Below are positions 1 through 8,903 of a stretch of 64,000 nt of DNA, piece by piece. The DNA comes from an uncultured delta proteobacterium. Its GTDB lineage: Bacteria; Desulfobacterota; BSN033; UBA1163. Location: contig CAWHBU010000002.1 in the NCBI GenBank assembly GCA_963827685.1, positions 1,056,001 through 1,120,000 on the forward strand. The letters are read 5' to 3'. The stretch's first letter is position 1. Each line of letters opens with the position of its first letter. Position numbers and translations under genes: made by a program. The notes beneath the pieces are model-generated. The model searched no databases. It was not told the origin of the DNA and saw only the letters and a list, made by a program, of their open reading frames with translations.

Positions 1-51
1 AATAAGGGGTATATTGGGGTTTATTTCTTCTGGATGAGTGAAGGCCTTCGT

Positions 52-1227
52 TTACCTTTTTGACAATGATATGGCCTCTTTTCTCGCTTCTTCAAAGATC
101 TCTTTAAGAGGAACTCCTTTTTCTAACGCCAATTTCTTACAATCTTCATACTCCGGGGAAAGGTTGACGACTTTCCCTTCCCATCTGGCCAATTTGAAAC
201 GGATTTTTCCATACTTTGTTTGACGAGGTATGATTTCTCTGTCGGTCTTTGCCCTCTCCTCTTCATGCCACCTCAGACCAATAGTCGTTGTCTCTCTTAA
301 AAGAAATTTTGTGACAGAAGCCAGTTTTTCAGAGGGGCAAATCACGGTGAGCAGATGGCCTGGCCGATTCTTCTTCATCAGAATGGGAGTGACAAATACT
401 TCCAGAACTTCCATGGCCAAAAGTCTTTCCATCACATAGTCATAGAATTGAGGGTTCATGTCATCAATGTTCGTTTCGATGACTACGACCCGCTCTCTTC
501 CAGAAGTCGATTCCGAGGTCCCGATGATCAGCCTCAGGAGATTGGGATGGGGAAGGTCGTCTCGGCCAGCCCCATGCCCGATTCGCTCTACGTTGATCGG
601 AGGCATTGGGCCAAATTCAGATCCCAACGCGGTGAGGATTGCCGCTCCAGTGGGAGTGAAAAGTTCTCTCTCCACTCCTGATGAATAGATCGGTTTTCCT
701 TCCATCAATGCAAGTGTGGCAGGGGCAGGAACGGGAAGGATTCCATGCTCGCATTTTACAAACCCTGCTCCCACATTCACCTTGGAAACATAAATCTTTT
801 CAATCCCCAACTGTCGAATACCCCATACCGATCCAACAATGTCGACAATGGAATCCAGTCCACCCACTTCATGAAAGTGGATCTCCTCCATTGGCCTTCG
901 GTGGATCTTTCCCTCCACCGAAGCAATCCGCTTGAAAATTTCCCTGCTCTTCTCCTTTACGTCGGTCTCTACACCACTTCTTTCAATGATCCTTAGGATC
1001 TCTTTCAAATTGCGATGGGATCTTTTCTCCTCTCTCCCTTCTACGATGACTTGGGTTGCAGCGAGACCTGCCTTTAAGACCTTCCCAGTTCTTAAATGGA
1101 TCGTTGGGATTCGAAGTTTTCTCAACTCTTCCCTCAATCGTTGAGGGCTCAATCCGGCATCGATCAGCGAGCCGAGAATCATATCCCCACTGGCTCCGGA
1201 AAAGCAATCAAAATAGGCGATTCGCAT
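52..1227 (-). CDS. larC: Nickel pincer cofactor biosynthesis protein LarC
   Basis: N-terminal YFDCFSGASGDMILG, plus IHFHEVG.DS, CEHG.LPVPAPAT, ETNIDD, MKKNRPG, ETTTIG and PEYEDC motifs; single unsplit ORF. Confidence 0.93.
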   Translation of the reverse strand: MRIAYFDCFSGASGDMILGSLIDAGLSPQRLREELRKLRIPTIHLRTGKVLKAGLAATQVIVEGREEKRSHRNLKEILRIIERSGVETDVKEKSREIFKRIASVEGKIHRRPMEEIHFHEVGGLDSIVDIVGSVWGIRQLGIEKIYVSKVNVGAGFVKCEHGILPVPAPATLALMEGKPIYSSGVERELFTPTGAAILTALGSEFGPMPPINVERIGHGAGRDDLPHPNLLRLIIGTSESTSGRERVVVIETNIDDMNPQFYDYVMERLLAMEVLEVFVTPILMKKNRPGHLLTVICPSEKLASVTKFLLRETTTIGLRWHEEERAKTDREIIPRQTKYGKIRFKLARWEGKVVNLSPEYEDCKKLALEKGVPLKEIFEEARKEAISLSKR

Positions 1228-1230
1228 AAC

Positions 1231-1330
1231 CGCTCTCCCTGTCTCCCTATCTCCTTACCTGTCTATCTCCCCATCTCCTTATCGCCGTTTTTCCTTATAT
1301 CTTTCTATTAACCCGCCATCCCCTTATCTG
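1231..1330. repeat. Degenerate 8-nt periodic repeat (consensus about CYATCTCC)
   Basis: Units ctgtctcc/ctatctcc/ccatctcc/ttatcgcc at 8-nt spacing between larC and the peptidase gene. Confidence 0.55.
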
Positions 1331-4300
1331 CCCATCCGATCTGTCGGTTCTGTTAAAAATTCATACGCTGTCAGATAGACGAGTTTGGTCACATCTGCGA
1401 GCTTCTCAAAATCGATGGATTCCGGATGATTGCAGGGGGTATGCATCTTTTTGTAATCCGACGCAAAAAAGTCTAATGTTGGAATCCCCTTTTGATGGAA
1501 GGGGTAATGATCACTCCCGAACTCGAAGGAATATTGATCAATATTTCTTCCTTCTTTGATTCCTAAAGGCTCCAAAAATCTCCGGCTTATCTGTGCAAGA
1601 GAGGGTTGCATTGAACTTCCGATCAAAAAGACTTCTTTTTCATCCGTTGCCCCACCAATCGTATCCAAAGAGAACATGGCCTTTACCTGTGTCAGGGGAA
1701 CAAAGGGCCGATTGACAAAGTGACGGGATCCCCACAATCCCCACTCCTCTCCTCCAATGAAGAGCAAAATAACGCTTCTCTTCAAATCTGTATTTCTCTT
1801 CATCAGAGACCTTCCTATTTCTAAGAGGGCTGATACCCCTGATGCATTATCATCGGCTCCTGGATAGGTCACTCCACTCTTTTCATCTTTTCCCAGGTGA
1901 TCATAGTGCGCGCCCAATAGCAGAAACTCCTTTTGCTTATTTGGATCATGGCCCTCAATCATCCCTCCAATATTAACATCCTTAAACCGCCTTACCGTAA
2001 ACCGAAGGTTGATTTCAAAGGAAACATCCTTCTGATCGAAAATGTCCTTCGTCCACCCTTTTTCTACTTGGGTATAGGGAACGAAAAAGATTGGGATATG
2101 AATTGAGAAATCCGGTTCCTTGGCTCCTGCCGCCACTTTCGAAGCCTCGATCAAACGTGAGACACTTGTGCCTTCCCTTTCCCTTTTACTGAGCTTTTCA
2201 TTCAATTTCGGAGGAAAATAGGAGGGGTAAGTGAGATAAGGTGCCAAATAATCTAAATCCTCTTCCCTCATAAGGAAAAGAATAGCTTTGGCTCCTCTCC
2301 GTTGAAGTTCTTTTATCTTTTTTAAGAGCTGCTCATAGCGAAACTCTTCAGTGAGATCCAGAAAAATCACTGCACCTTTATCAGAGAGTTTGTCCATTTC
2401 ATCGATTTTTCTTTCACCCGTTAGTATAAAAGGACCTTCCCATTTTCCTTTTTTAGAAAACCGAAAGGGGATGGCCCTAATTTTCTCTTCTCTGTTGGAT
2501 GCCTTTAAAATTAACGTGGACTCCTTTATATCCTTTACGGTAATGGAGAAAGGTTGAGTAACAGGGGTCAACCCCATCCCTTCCAACTGCTTGATCAGGT
2601 AGGCCTGGGCTTTTTGATAACCTGGGGTTCCTGGAAATCGTCCAGCCAATTCAGATGAGGACAGATAGGAAACATGTTCCCTCAATCTCTGTGGATCAAT
2701 TTTAACGAAATCATCTTTGGATAGGAAGTTATAGAAGAGAAAGGAGCTTCTTGGAGGAAAATTTCCCCTCTCTTTTGGCTTTCCATTCTTAAAAAGAAGG
2801 TAACTATCCCAGCTATAGAAGAAGATGTACCGGGCTCGGGAAAGAGCACTGGCAGACCGTCCAAAGTAAACGGTCACCCACTTCCCAGGATGAAGCGGGT
2901 TGGGAAAGGTAAGAAGGAGGGATTCATCTCCTTCATCTACCCTTTCTCCCTTTATAAAAAATGAATCCTCTTTGTGATCAATGGGCTTTGGAAGATGTGA
3001 AATGAATTTAGAAAGGATTGGAGTCTTCCAGCTTTCACCTAAAAGCATCACTGAGGAATTTCTGAGTTTCTCTTCTGTCACCTCTTTGGCGGATAGAATC
3101 TCTCCGCCCTTTCGCTCTTTGACCATTCTGGCCAGTTCTAAATAGATTTTTCGACTCTCCTCATCGCCTTGATCTGAGACAATGAAGATCTTCTCACGGT
3201 CTTCCAGCAAGGCATTCAATCCGGGGACGATTTCTTCCGGGTATAACCTTCGAAAGAGATGATCATCAGGGTCCAAATTGACCTTCAGTGGCATTCTGGA
3301 AACTTCCACGGAAAAAGAGCTTCTTCTCTTTGAAACGTCCAAAATAAAGCGCTTCTTCCCCAAACCCTCATCGATTTCAATGAGAAGAGGAAGCTGGTAT
3401 ACATCCCCTTCCTGGACCACCTCCCCTGAGACGACGTAACCGTTTGAGGCAGTCTGAAATTTAACATTTTCCAGCTTTAGTTGAGGCCCGCCAGGACGAT
3501 CTAACCATTGAGAAAAGAAGTGATTCAATTGCATACCGCTCACTTCTTTAAAGATACTCTTAATATCCTCCCAGCTTGCCTGTTTGCCCCCGTATTGCAT
3601 TGCAAATTGTCTCAGGGCGGCGAAGAAGAGGTCCTTTCCAACGATCCTCCGGAGCATATGAAAGACCATGGAACCTTTCCCATAGCCGATCTGTGCGTCT
3701 AACTCCGTCTCTTTACCTTCGAACTTCCGAAGGGGGTAATCTTTTGAAAGAGGTACGTCAATGGCATATTTCTGCATCACATTCTGCCGATATTTGCGAG
3801 AAACCTCCTTTCCGATCTTCAACTCCTTATAGTAGTAATTGGCACAATAAGTGGTTAAGGCCTCCACCCAATTGCCTGTTCCGGGCTTCTCACTGACATA
3901 ATGCCCCCACCAGGAATGGACGATCTCATGATCCAGGGCACCCGGTCTGAGAAATTCTTTCCCCTGCCGGATCGCTTCCGGCGCGAGCAGGGTGAGGGTA
4001 GGAATCCCATAGCCGCTTGAGAAGAAGTTCTGGACAATATCAAACTTCTTGAAAGGGTACGGACCCAACAGGTCTGAGTAGATCTTTAGATATTCTTCGG
4101 CACTATTTAGAAATGCCTCTGAAAACCGGTCATCCTCGTGAAAAAAATAAGTGGAGATTTTGATGCCATTTACCTTCCGTGTTTTAACAGAATATTTCCC
4201 GGCTACGAGCGTGAGGCTTTCAGCCGGCAATTGATTCACCCACTTGCTTCTCCAGGTACCGTCTTTGAGATTTTCGGATACCAGTTCACCCTGGGTGACG

Positions 4301-4857
4301 ATTCGAAATGGGTCCGGAATGGTTGCCTCTATCTGGAATGTAGCCATTGAATCGGGCCTGTCAGGATACCAGTGTGTATCCGATGACAAATAGACCCCTT
4401 CCGAGCCAATGAGTCCAGAGGTCTTATCTCCTCTCACAAATTGAAGCTCTTTTTCTTTAACAATCGCATTATAGATGGGACCTTCATAAGAAACGGAGAG
4501 AAGCACAGGTTCTTCCACCTTTTCAAGAGAGATATCTAATCGATTGGCGTGTGGTGAAAAATTGGCCTCAGACCAATGGAGGGACTCTCCTGTCCTTTGG
4601 TCAACGATCCGGGTGATTTTCAGTTGAGGATGAAGGAGAAACGAAAGGGTTTGGAGCCTTCCCCCTCTTATATCTATTTCAAGCCGGTCTTCTGCTTTGA
4701 GGAGGTGTCGGGAGGGATCGATCTGGATGATCAGGTGATGGGATTGGATATTAAAATCAAAATGGGGGGATGAAGCAAATGCTTCCTCAGCCGCCCAAAG
4801 GATGGTCGCCAGACAAAATAAAAGAAAGAATGTTTTTTCCAGGCTCTTTCCATTCAT
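1324..4857 (-). CDS. Secreted M1 aminopeptidase-M28 peptidase fusion (PA-like insert)
   Basis: Signal peptide; M1 HEIVHSWWG..E zinc motif and YGKG..VFHML; C-terminal M28 motifs GAHYDHLG, GADDNASG, GEEWG, SDHYPF, HT. Confidence 0.85.
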   Translation of the reverse strand: MNGKSLEKTFFLLFCLATILWAAEEAFASSPHFDFNIQSHHLIIQIDPSRHLLKAEDRLEIDIRGGRLQTLSFLLHPQLKITRIVDQRTGESLHWSEANFSPHANRLDISLEKVEEPVLLSVSYEGPIYNAIVKEKELQFVRGDKTSGLIGSEGVYLSSDTHWYPDRPDSMATFQIEATIPDPFRIVTQGELVSENLKDGTWRSKWVNQLPAESLTLVAGKYSVKTRKVNGIKISTYFFHEDDRFSEAFLNSAEEYLKIYSDLLGPYPFKKFDIVQNFFSSGYGIPTLTLLAPEAIRQGKEFLRPGALDHEIVHSWWGHYVSEKPGTGNWVEALTTYCANYYYKELKIGKEVSRKYRQNVMQKYAIDVPLSKDYPLRKFEGKETELDAQIGYGKGSMVFHMLRRIVGKDLFFAALRQFAMQYGGKQASWEDIKSIFKEVSGMQLNHFFSQWLDRPGGPQLKLENVKFQTASNGYVVSGEVVQEGDVYQLPLLIEIDEGLGKKRFILDVSKRRSSFSVEVSRMPLKVNLDPDDHLFRRLYPEEIVPGLNALLEDREKIFIVSDQGDEESRKIYLELARMVKERKGGEILSAKEVTEEKLRNSSVMLLGESWKTPILSKFISHLPKPIDHKEDSFFIKGERVDEGDESLLLTFPNPLHPGKWVTVYFGRSASALSRARYIFFYSWDSYLLFKNGKPKERGNFPPRSSFLFYNFLSKDDFVKIDPQRLREHVSYLSSSELAGRFPGTPGYQKAQAYLIKQLEGMGLTPVTQPFSITVKDIKESTLILKASNREEKIRAIPFRFSKKGKWEGPFILTGERKIDEMDKLSDKGAVIFLDLTEEFRYEQLLKKIKELQRRGAKAILFLMREEDLDYLAPYLTYPSYFPPKLNEKLSKREREGTSVSRLIEASKVAAGAKEPDFSIHIPIFFVPYTQVEKGWTKDIFDQKDVSFEINLRFTVRRFKDVNIGGMIEGHDPNKQKEFLLLGAHYDHLGKDEKSGVTYPGADDNASGVSALLEIGRSLMKRNTDLKRSVILLFIGGEEWGLWGSRHFVNRPFVPLTQVKAMFSLDTIGGATDEKEVFLIGSSMQPSLAQISRRFLEPLGIKEGRNIDQYSFEFGSDHYPFHQKGIPTLDFFASDYKKMHTPCNHPESIDFEKLADVTKLVYLTAYEFLTEPTDRMGR

Positions 4858-5013
4858 TGAAAAGAATCATAACACAACCCGCATAAAAAAGGCATTTTCC
4901 ATCGATCTTTTTAACAACATAGCTCCCCTCCCCTTTATCCTTACCTGCGGCAGGCAGGAATTGAGGGGAAGAGACCCAAATTCCGATTTAGAGAACGAGA
5001 CCCTTTTCCCATT

Positions 5014-5160
5014 CTGTCATTGCGAGCACCTAAGGTGCGTGCCTGCACGCCGAAGTGCTTGCCTTTGTTGAAGCAGATATGTGCAGCCAAACGTTCCGGC
5101 ACGCAGGCGTGGCAATCTCATGGAAAAGGCGAGATTGCTTCGTTCCACTCGCAATGACAA
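5014..5160. repeat. REP-like palindromic element with a nested insertion
   Basis: TGTCATTGCGAG...CTCGCAATGACA arms, GCAATCTC/GAGATTGC inner arms, nested CCTGCACGCCG...CGGCACGCAGG segment. Confidence 0.7.
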
Positions 5161-5194
5161 TTCCCTAAATTGGGATTTTGGTTCCACAAAAATA

Positions 5195-5222
5195 TTGACA
5201 ATTGATTGGGATTCAGTAAAAT
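5195..5222 (+). promoter_or_regulatory. sigma70 promoter of tRNA-Met
   Basis: TTGACA-16 nt-TAAAAT ending 10 nt before the tRNA. Confidence 0.7.
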
Positions 5223-5232
5223 TTAGTAGTCT

Positions 5233-5309
5233 GGCGGTGTAGCTCAGTCGGTCAGAGCATGCGGCTCATATCCGCAGTGTCCGGGGTTCAAATCCCTGCA
5301 CCGCCACCA
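5233..5309 (+). tRNA. tRNA-Met(CAT), elongator type
   Basis: Full cloverleaf: GGCGGTG/CACCGCC acceptor stem, TGCGG-CTCATAT-CCGCA anticodon arm, GGTTCAAATCC T-arm, encoded CCA; paired G1-C72 argues against initiator (Ile2 not fully excluded). Confidence 0.93.
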
Positions 5310-5318
5310 AATTTCTTT

Positions 5319-5423
5319 TTAGTCAAATCTCACGACCAAGAACCCCATCGCCTTATCGGATCTTGCATCGTTAAGATACCACTTGGCTAACGCACTCGTA
5401 TCAAAGTAGATGACTTCGTTCAT
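5319..5423 (-). pseudogene. vapC: Truncated VapC/PIN toxin
   Basis: Manual translation MNEVIYFDTSALAKWYL... matches a PIN N-terminus; stops after 34 aa; ATG overlaps the antitoxin stop. Confidence 0.75.
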
Positions 5424-5647
5424 TGCCGATCTCTATCCTCACGGATAACCTTTTCGCTCCCCTTCCGCATGACAGGCATTCTTCTTCGAAGATCTCAATA
5501 CGATGGAATGGGCCTCTTCTTCCCGATTTGTGTTAAACGAGCAATGGCCTCTCCCAGGCGAGTGATGGTAACCTTACCGTCAATTTCCAGCAAACGGTCA
5601 AGGTGTGATAAGGATTGACGCATTTCCTTTATAGTAAGCTTTTTCAC
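5420..5647 (-). pseudogene. Phd/YefM-type antitoxin with internal stop
   Basis: Manual translation MKKLTIKEMRQSLSHLDRLL..VTITRLGEAIARL..PSY*DLR..IREDRD; in-frame TGA at 5495-5497. Confidence 0.75.
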
Positions 5648-5890
5648 TCCTCAACGTCCTTCTTATTATTGATGAGTACCCCCCATCGGGAAAATGGAAC
5701 TTGAACTGTTAATGACTGGAAATTTAAATGCCTTGTAACCGTTTGTTTATACATTATTTATTGAGAACCGTTCCCAGACTCGGTCCTACAAATCAATAAA
5801 TACCTAAAAGGACCCTCTTTTTTGCATCAGACTTATTCCAAACCCCATTTTAGAAGCTCAAAGGGAATTTAAGGCGATCAAAAATTTTTC

Positions 5891-5919
5891 TTGACAATCC
5901 TTTTTAAACTTTCTATAAT
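5891..5919 (+). promoter_or_regulatory. Consensus sigma70 promoter followed by TTCACCA direct repeats (putative RHH operator)
   Basis: TTGACA-17 nt-TATAAT exact; TTCACCA twice just downstream. Confidence 0.75.
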
Positions 5920-5963
5920 TCTTCACCAGATTTCACCATAATTAGTCACAACGGTGCACTAAT

Positions 5964-6173
5964 ATGGTAAACCAAAGATTGAGGCAACGGATTACCATAA
6001 GTCTTGATAAGGAGGCACTGGAAACCATCTCATCCATTGCTTCCGAAAATGACGTTTCAATAGCCCGTGTCATCCGATATGCGGTGGATAACTTGCTGAA
6101 AGAATGGAAAGAAGGCCGTCCAGATCAACTTCAACTTATTCTCCCTATGGGGAGAAAAAGGAGGTTGCAGTGA
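5964..6173 (+). CDS. CopG/ribbon-helix-helix DNA-binding protein
   Basis: RITISL beta-strand followed by two helices with VSIARVIRYAVD. Confidence 0.75.
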   Translation: MVNQRLRQRITISLDKEALETISSIASENDVSIARVIRYAVDNLLKEWKEGRPDQLQLILPMGRKRRLQ

Positions 6174-6174
6174 C

Positions 6175-6783
6175 ATGACAAATTTAATGGGAGGTTTTGA
6201 GAGAAATGCTCTCACCATAGAAGTGGAGCAGAAAAAACAGGAGGTTCCCAAAAAAGAGCAGGTGACAGCAACAGACCAGAAACATCTTGAAATGGCATCT
6301 GAATGGTTAAGGAGGAAAACAAAGGGAAGCCGATTTTATCCCTCAAGCGGTTTGGGGAAACGTGAAATTTTCGCAAACAGGGAGGCGATAGCAAGGGATT
6401 GGCAACATCTTGAATTGGTATATGAATGGTTAAGGATCAGAGGAAAAATTATGCCATTGATTCTTAAACGACGAATTTGGTGGGAACCCGTTGCCGAAGC
6501 TGCCAGCTATGTGGTGTACGTAAGCAAAGATAGAACAATTTTTGAGCCTACTAAATTCTTGCGGGAGGCTACTCATGGGATGATCTCTAAGGAAGTCACT
6601 GGGAAAATAGAGTTGATCATCCCAGATGAGTGGCCTGAGTTCCCCATAGAACCGGGAAGTTACCATATCGGGATTACTGTTCGAGACTGCGTGGGGAATG
6701 AAAGTGATCCTTTCTTATTGGTGGGGCAATTCAAATTCTTTGCCCCCCTTGCACCAGCAAAGGGTGGGATCCAGACTCTTTAG
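6175..6783 (+). CDS. Hypothetical protein: N-terminal duplicated helix motif plus FN3-like C-terminal domain (paralog of 61530-61862)
   Basis: WEPV..A.SYVVYVS...YHIGITVRD.VGNES pattern; close similarity to the 61530 ORF. Confidence 0.7.
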   Translation: MTNLMGGFERNALTIEVEQKKQEVPKKEQVTATDQKHLEMASEWLRRKTKGSRFYPSSGLGKREIFANREAIARDWQHLELVYEWLRIRGKIMPLILKRRIWWEPVAEAASYVVYVSKDRTIFEPTKFLREATHGMISKEVTGKIELIIPDEWPEFPIEPGSYHIGITVRDCVGNESDPFLLVGQFKFFAPLAPAKGGIQTL

Positions 6784-6824
6784 TTGAAATAATTCATCAC
6801 ACGGGTAATACAATTGTCGAAGAG

Positions 6825-6860
6825 CAAAGGCAGGGTCCAAAATGGCTCTGCCTTTTTTAT
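6825..6860 (+). terminator. Rho-independent terminator
   Basis: AAAGGCAGGGTC...GGCTCTGCCTTT stem followed by a T-run. Confidence 0.75.
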
Positions 6861-6958
6861 TATTACGTATAGCTACCAGCAATCGTCAACATTCAGGATC
6901 ATGCGCGCCCCCTTTTACAATCTATCAGACCAATTGATAGAGACCCCTAGTGGCCGAT

Positions 6959-7042
6959 GTGAAGCTCTTGATCGAGCTTCCGGAGAGGAATATTAATTCA
7001 TATTGTGTCCCTTCCAGGACCACAGGCCGGCCAAATCCCTGC
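6959..7042 (+). repeat. tRNA-Met 3'-end repeat, copy A (mini-element + CAAATCCCTGC)
   Basis: Near-identical to 21092-21175. Confidence 0.85.
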
Positions 7043-7203
7043 CCCTCATCTCCTCATCTTCATTTTAATGGAAATGGCCAAATTTCTCTATGGATGACAC
7101 TAAATTTCAAAGCCAAAGGCTAACTCTTTATCTTTATTTTGGCTTGACAATCATTTGATTATTTATTAAGAATGTATTACATTAATAGCAAATCGAGGAT
7201 ATC

Positions 7204-7479
7204 TTGAAAATAGAAAAAATCTCGTGGGATCAGGAAACATTTGATCATATTTCTAATCACCTGGTTTCGCCGGAAGAGGTTGAAGAGGTATTGTTTAATG
7301 ATGTAGACACAGCACTTATGATGCGGGGAAAAGAAGGCAAATATCTTGCTTATGGAAAAACTCATGGGGGACGGCTGTTATTCATCGTGTGGGCCTTAAA
7401 ATATAAAAAGACAAAAATCATTACTGCCAGAGACATGACCGAAAAGGAAAAACGATTTTATAGAAGGAGGAAAGAATGA
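7204..7479 (+). CDS. brnT: BrnT family toxin
   Basis: WD...HI..H.VS.EEVEEV, GRLLFIV, IITARDM...EKRFY. Confidence 0.85.
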   Translation: MKIEKISWDQETFDHISNHLVSPEEVEEVLFNDVDTALMMRGKEGKYLAYGKTHGGRLLFIVWALKYKKTKIITARDMTEKEKRFYRRRKE

Positions 7480-7730
7480 AAGTGCCGAAATTTAAGAGTT
7501 TAAAGGAAGAAAGGGAATTTTGGGATACCCATAATTCAATGGATTATCACGATGACTTCAAGACAACCAAAAATGTGGTTTTTGTTCGACCCAAGAAAGA
7601 AGTCATTTCATTACGTCTGGAGCCTAAGTTCATAAGGAGGTTAAGAGAGCTTGCTGATAAAGAAGGCCTACCTCCTACTACCTATGCCAGGATGTTAATT
7701 GTTAAGAGTATTCAGGCCCGTACAAAATAA
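7476..7730 (+). CDS. BrnA/CopG family antitoxin
   Basis: PKFKS..EEREFWDTH, C-terminal RHH ISLRL; ATGA overlap with the toxin. Confidence 0.85.
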   Translation: MKVPKFKSLKEEREFWDTHNSMDYHDDFKTTKNVVFVRPKKEVISLRLEPKFIRRLRELADKEGLPPTTYARMLIVKSIQARTK

Positions 7731-7886
7731 ACTCGCTTATAAATCCAGAAACGCACAAAAATTTCCTCCGGTTTTGACAAAACTGCACTCCAGATAATAG
7801 AAATTTTAAAATTAAAGATATTATTAAAATTTGCATTTTTGTTGAGAATTCGGCAGTTACTCAGTTAAAAGTTGCAGATTTGGTCC

Positions 7887-7903
7887 TTGGCACATGTTAT
7901 GCA
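7887..7903 (+). promoter_or_regulatory. sigma54 (-24/-12) promoter
   Basis: TTGGCACATGTTATGCA, GG-N10-GC. Confidence 0.65.
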
Positions 7904-8009
7904 CTAAAATCCTGAAAAACAAACCAACTTGGTGTCAAAATAGCGGCCTTAGTGGAAAAAGATATGCTACTCACTACTGCTCAGTGCGCACATGGAAAGG
8001 GGGAAACTA

Positions 8010-8519
8010 ATGAGAAAAACTAACGTGGGATCGGCGGTATTAATCGTGTTTCTTATGGCTATACTAACTGCAGGATGTGCCACAAGTGCTTACAAAGATG
8101 TTTATAAAGATGAAAATAGTCCTAATGTGAAAACCTTTAATGTATTGCCCGATGACTGCTATGTCGCAACGAAAAGGGCAGTATTAAGCCAAAATTTCAG
8201 GATTGAAAGAGAAGACTTGCAGGCAAGGTCATTTACAGCAGCAAGATATTTTGAGCATGGTAAAGATAGTACCGTTGTTACTGTCAATTCAAATGTCATC
8301 GCTGCAGGTAAAGACAAGTCCACCGTTTATGCCAGTGCTACCCAGCATGTAGAAAAAGTTAGAGTAAAAACTGACAGGACACTCCTTGGGATCGTCCCGG
8401 CTGGAAGTGAAGCTACGAAGGTGAAACAAGAGGAAAGGACAATTGAGGACAAGGATTTCTATAACAAACTTTTTGCAGCCATAGAAAAAGAGCTTAATAC
8501 TGTTGGAACAGGTAGATAA
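8010..8519 (+). CDS. DUF2242-like lipoprotein
   Basis: Lipobox LTAGC; ATKRAVLSQ and TIED.DFY..LF motifs; start chosen after the AAGGGGG RBS. Confidence 0.65.
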   Translation: MRKTNVGSAVLIVFLMAILTAGCATSAYKDVYKDENSPNVKTFNVLPDDCYVATKRAVLSQNFRIEREDLQARSFTAARYFEHGKDSTVVTVNSNVIAAGKDKSTVYASATQHVEKVRVKTDRTLLGIVPAGSEATKVKQEERTIEDKDFYNKLFAAIEKELNTVGTGR

Positions 8520-8577
8520 AAAAAATAAGGCTGTTCAATATCAGGCAATGTTTCTTAGGATACTGGATTCGGGCAGG

Positions 8578-8730
8578 GCTTCCGGAGAGGAAGCGTCGTT
8601 TATATTGTGTCCCTTCCAGGGCCACAGGCCGGCCAAATCCCTGCACCACCACCAATTTTTTTTGTTTCCTGGTTTGTATGTATAACCCCCGCGACTAAAC
8701 TTCGGTTATTTTCCATCAGACACGTTCTTA
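8578..8730 (+). repeat. tRNA-Met 3'-end repeat, copy B
   Basis: Mini-element tail, CAAATCCCTGCACCACCACCA, and ~75 nt of downstream sequence shared with 21186-21260. Confidence 0.85.
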
Positions 8731-8903
8731 CTCACAAAAAAACATAATAATTCAAGATATAGCCCCCTTTGTCTACGTTATAACTGTATCAGAAAAAACT
8801 CCTCATTGAATTGTTGTTATTCCGTTGAGCTTGAAAAGGGCAAGCGTACACCTTAACTGGGTATCCACTTTTTTGTGGTAAAGATCAATCCCAGCACAGT
8901 GGC

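Noticed and set aside
5495-5497. Selenocysteine in the antitoxin
   Set aside because: Not a Cys position in this family, and the partner toxin is truncated; a nonsense mutation is simpler.
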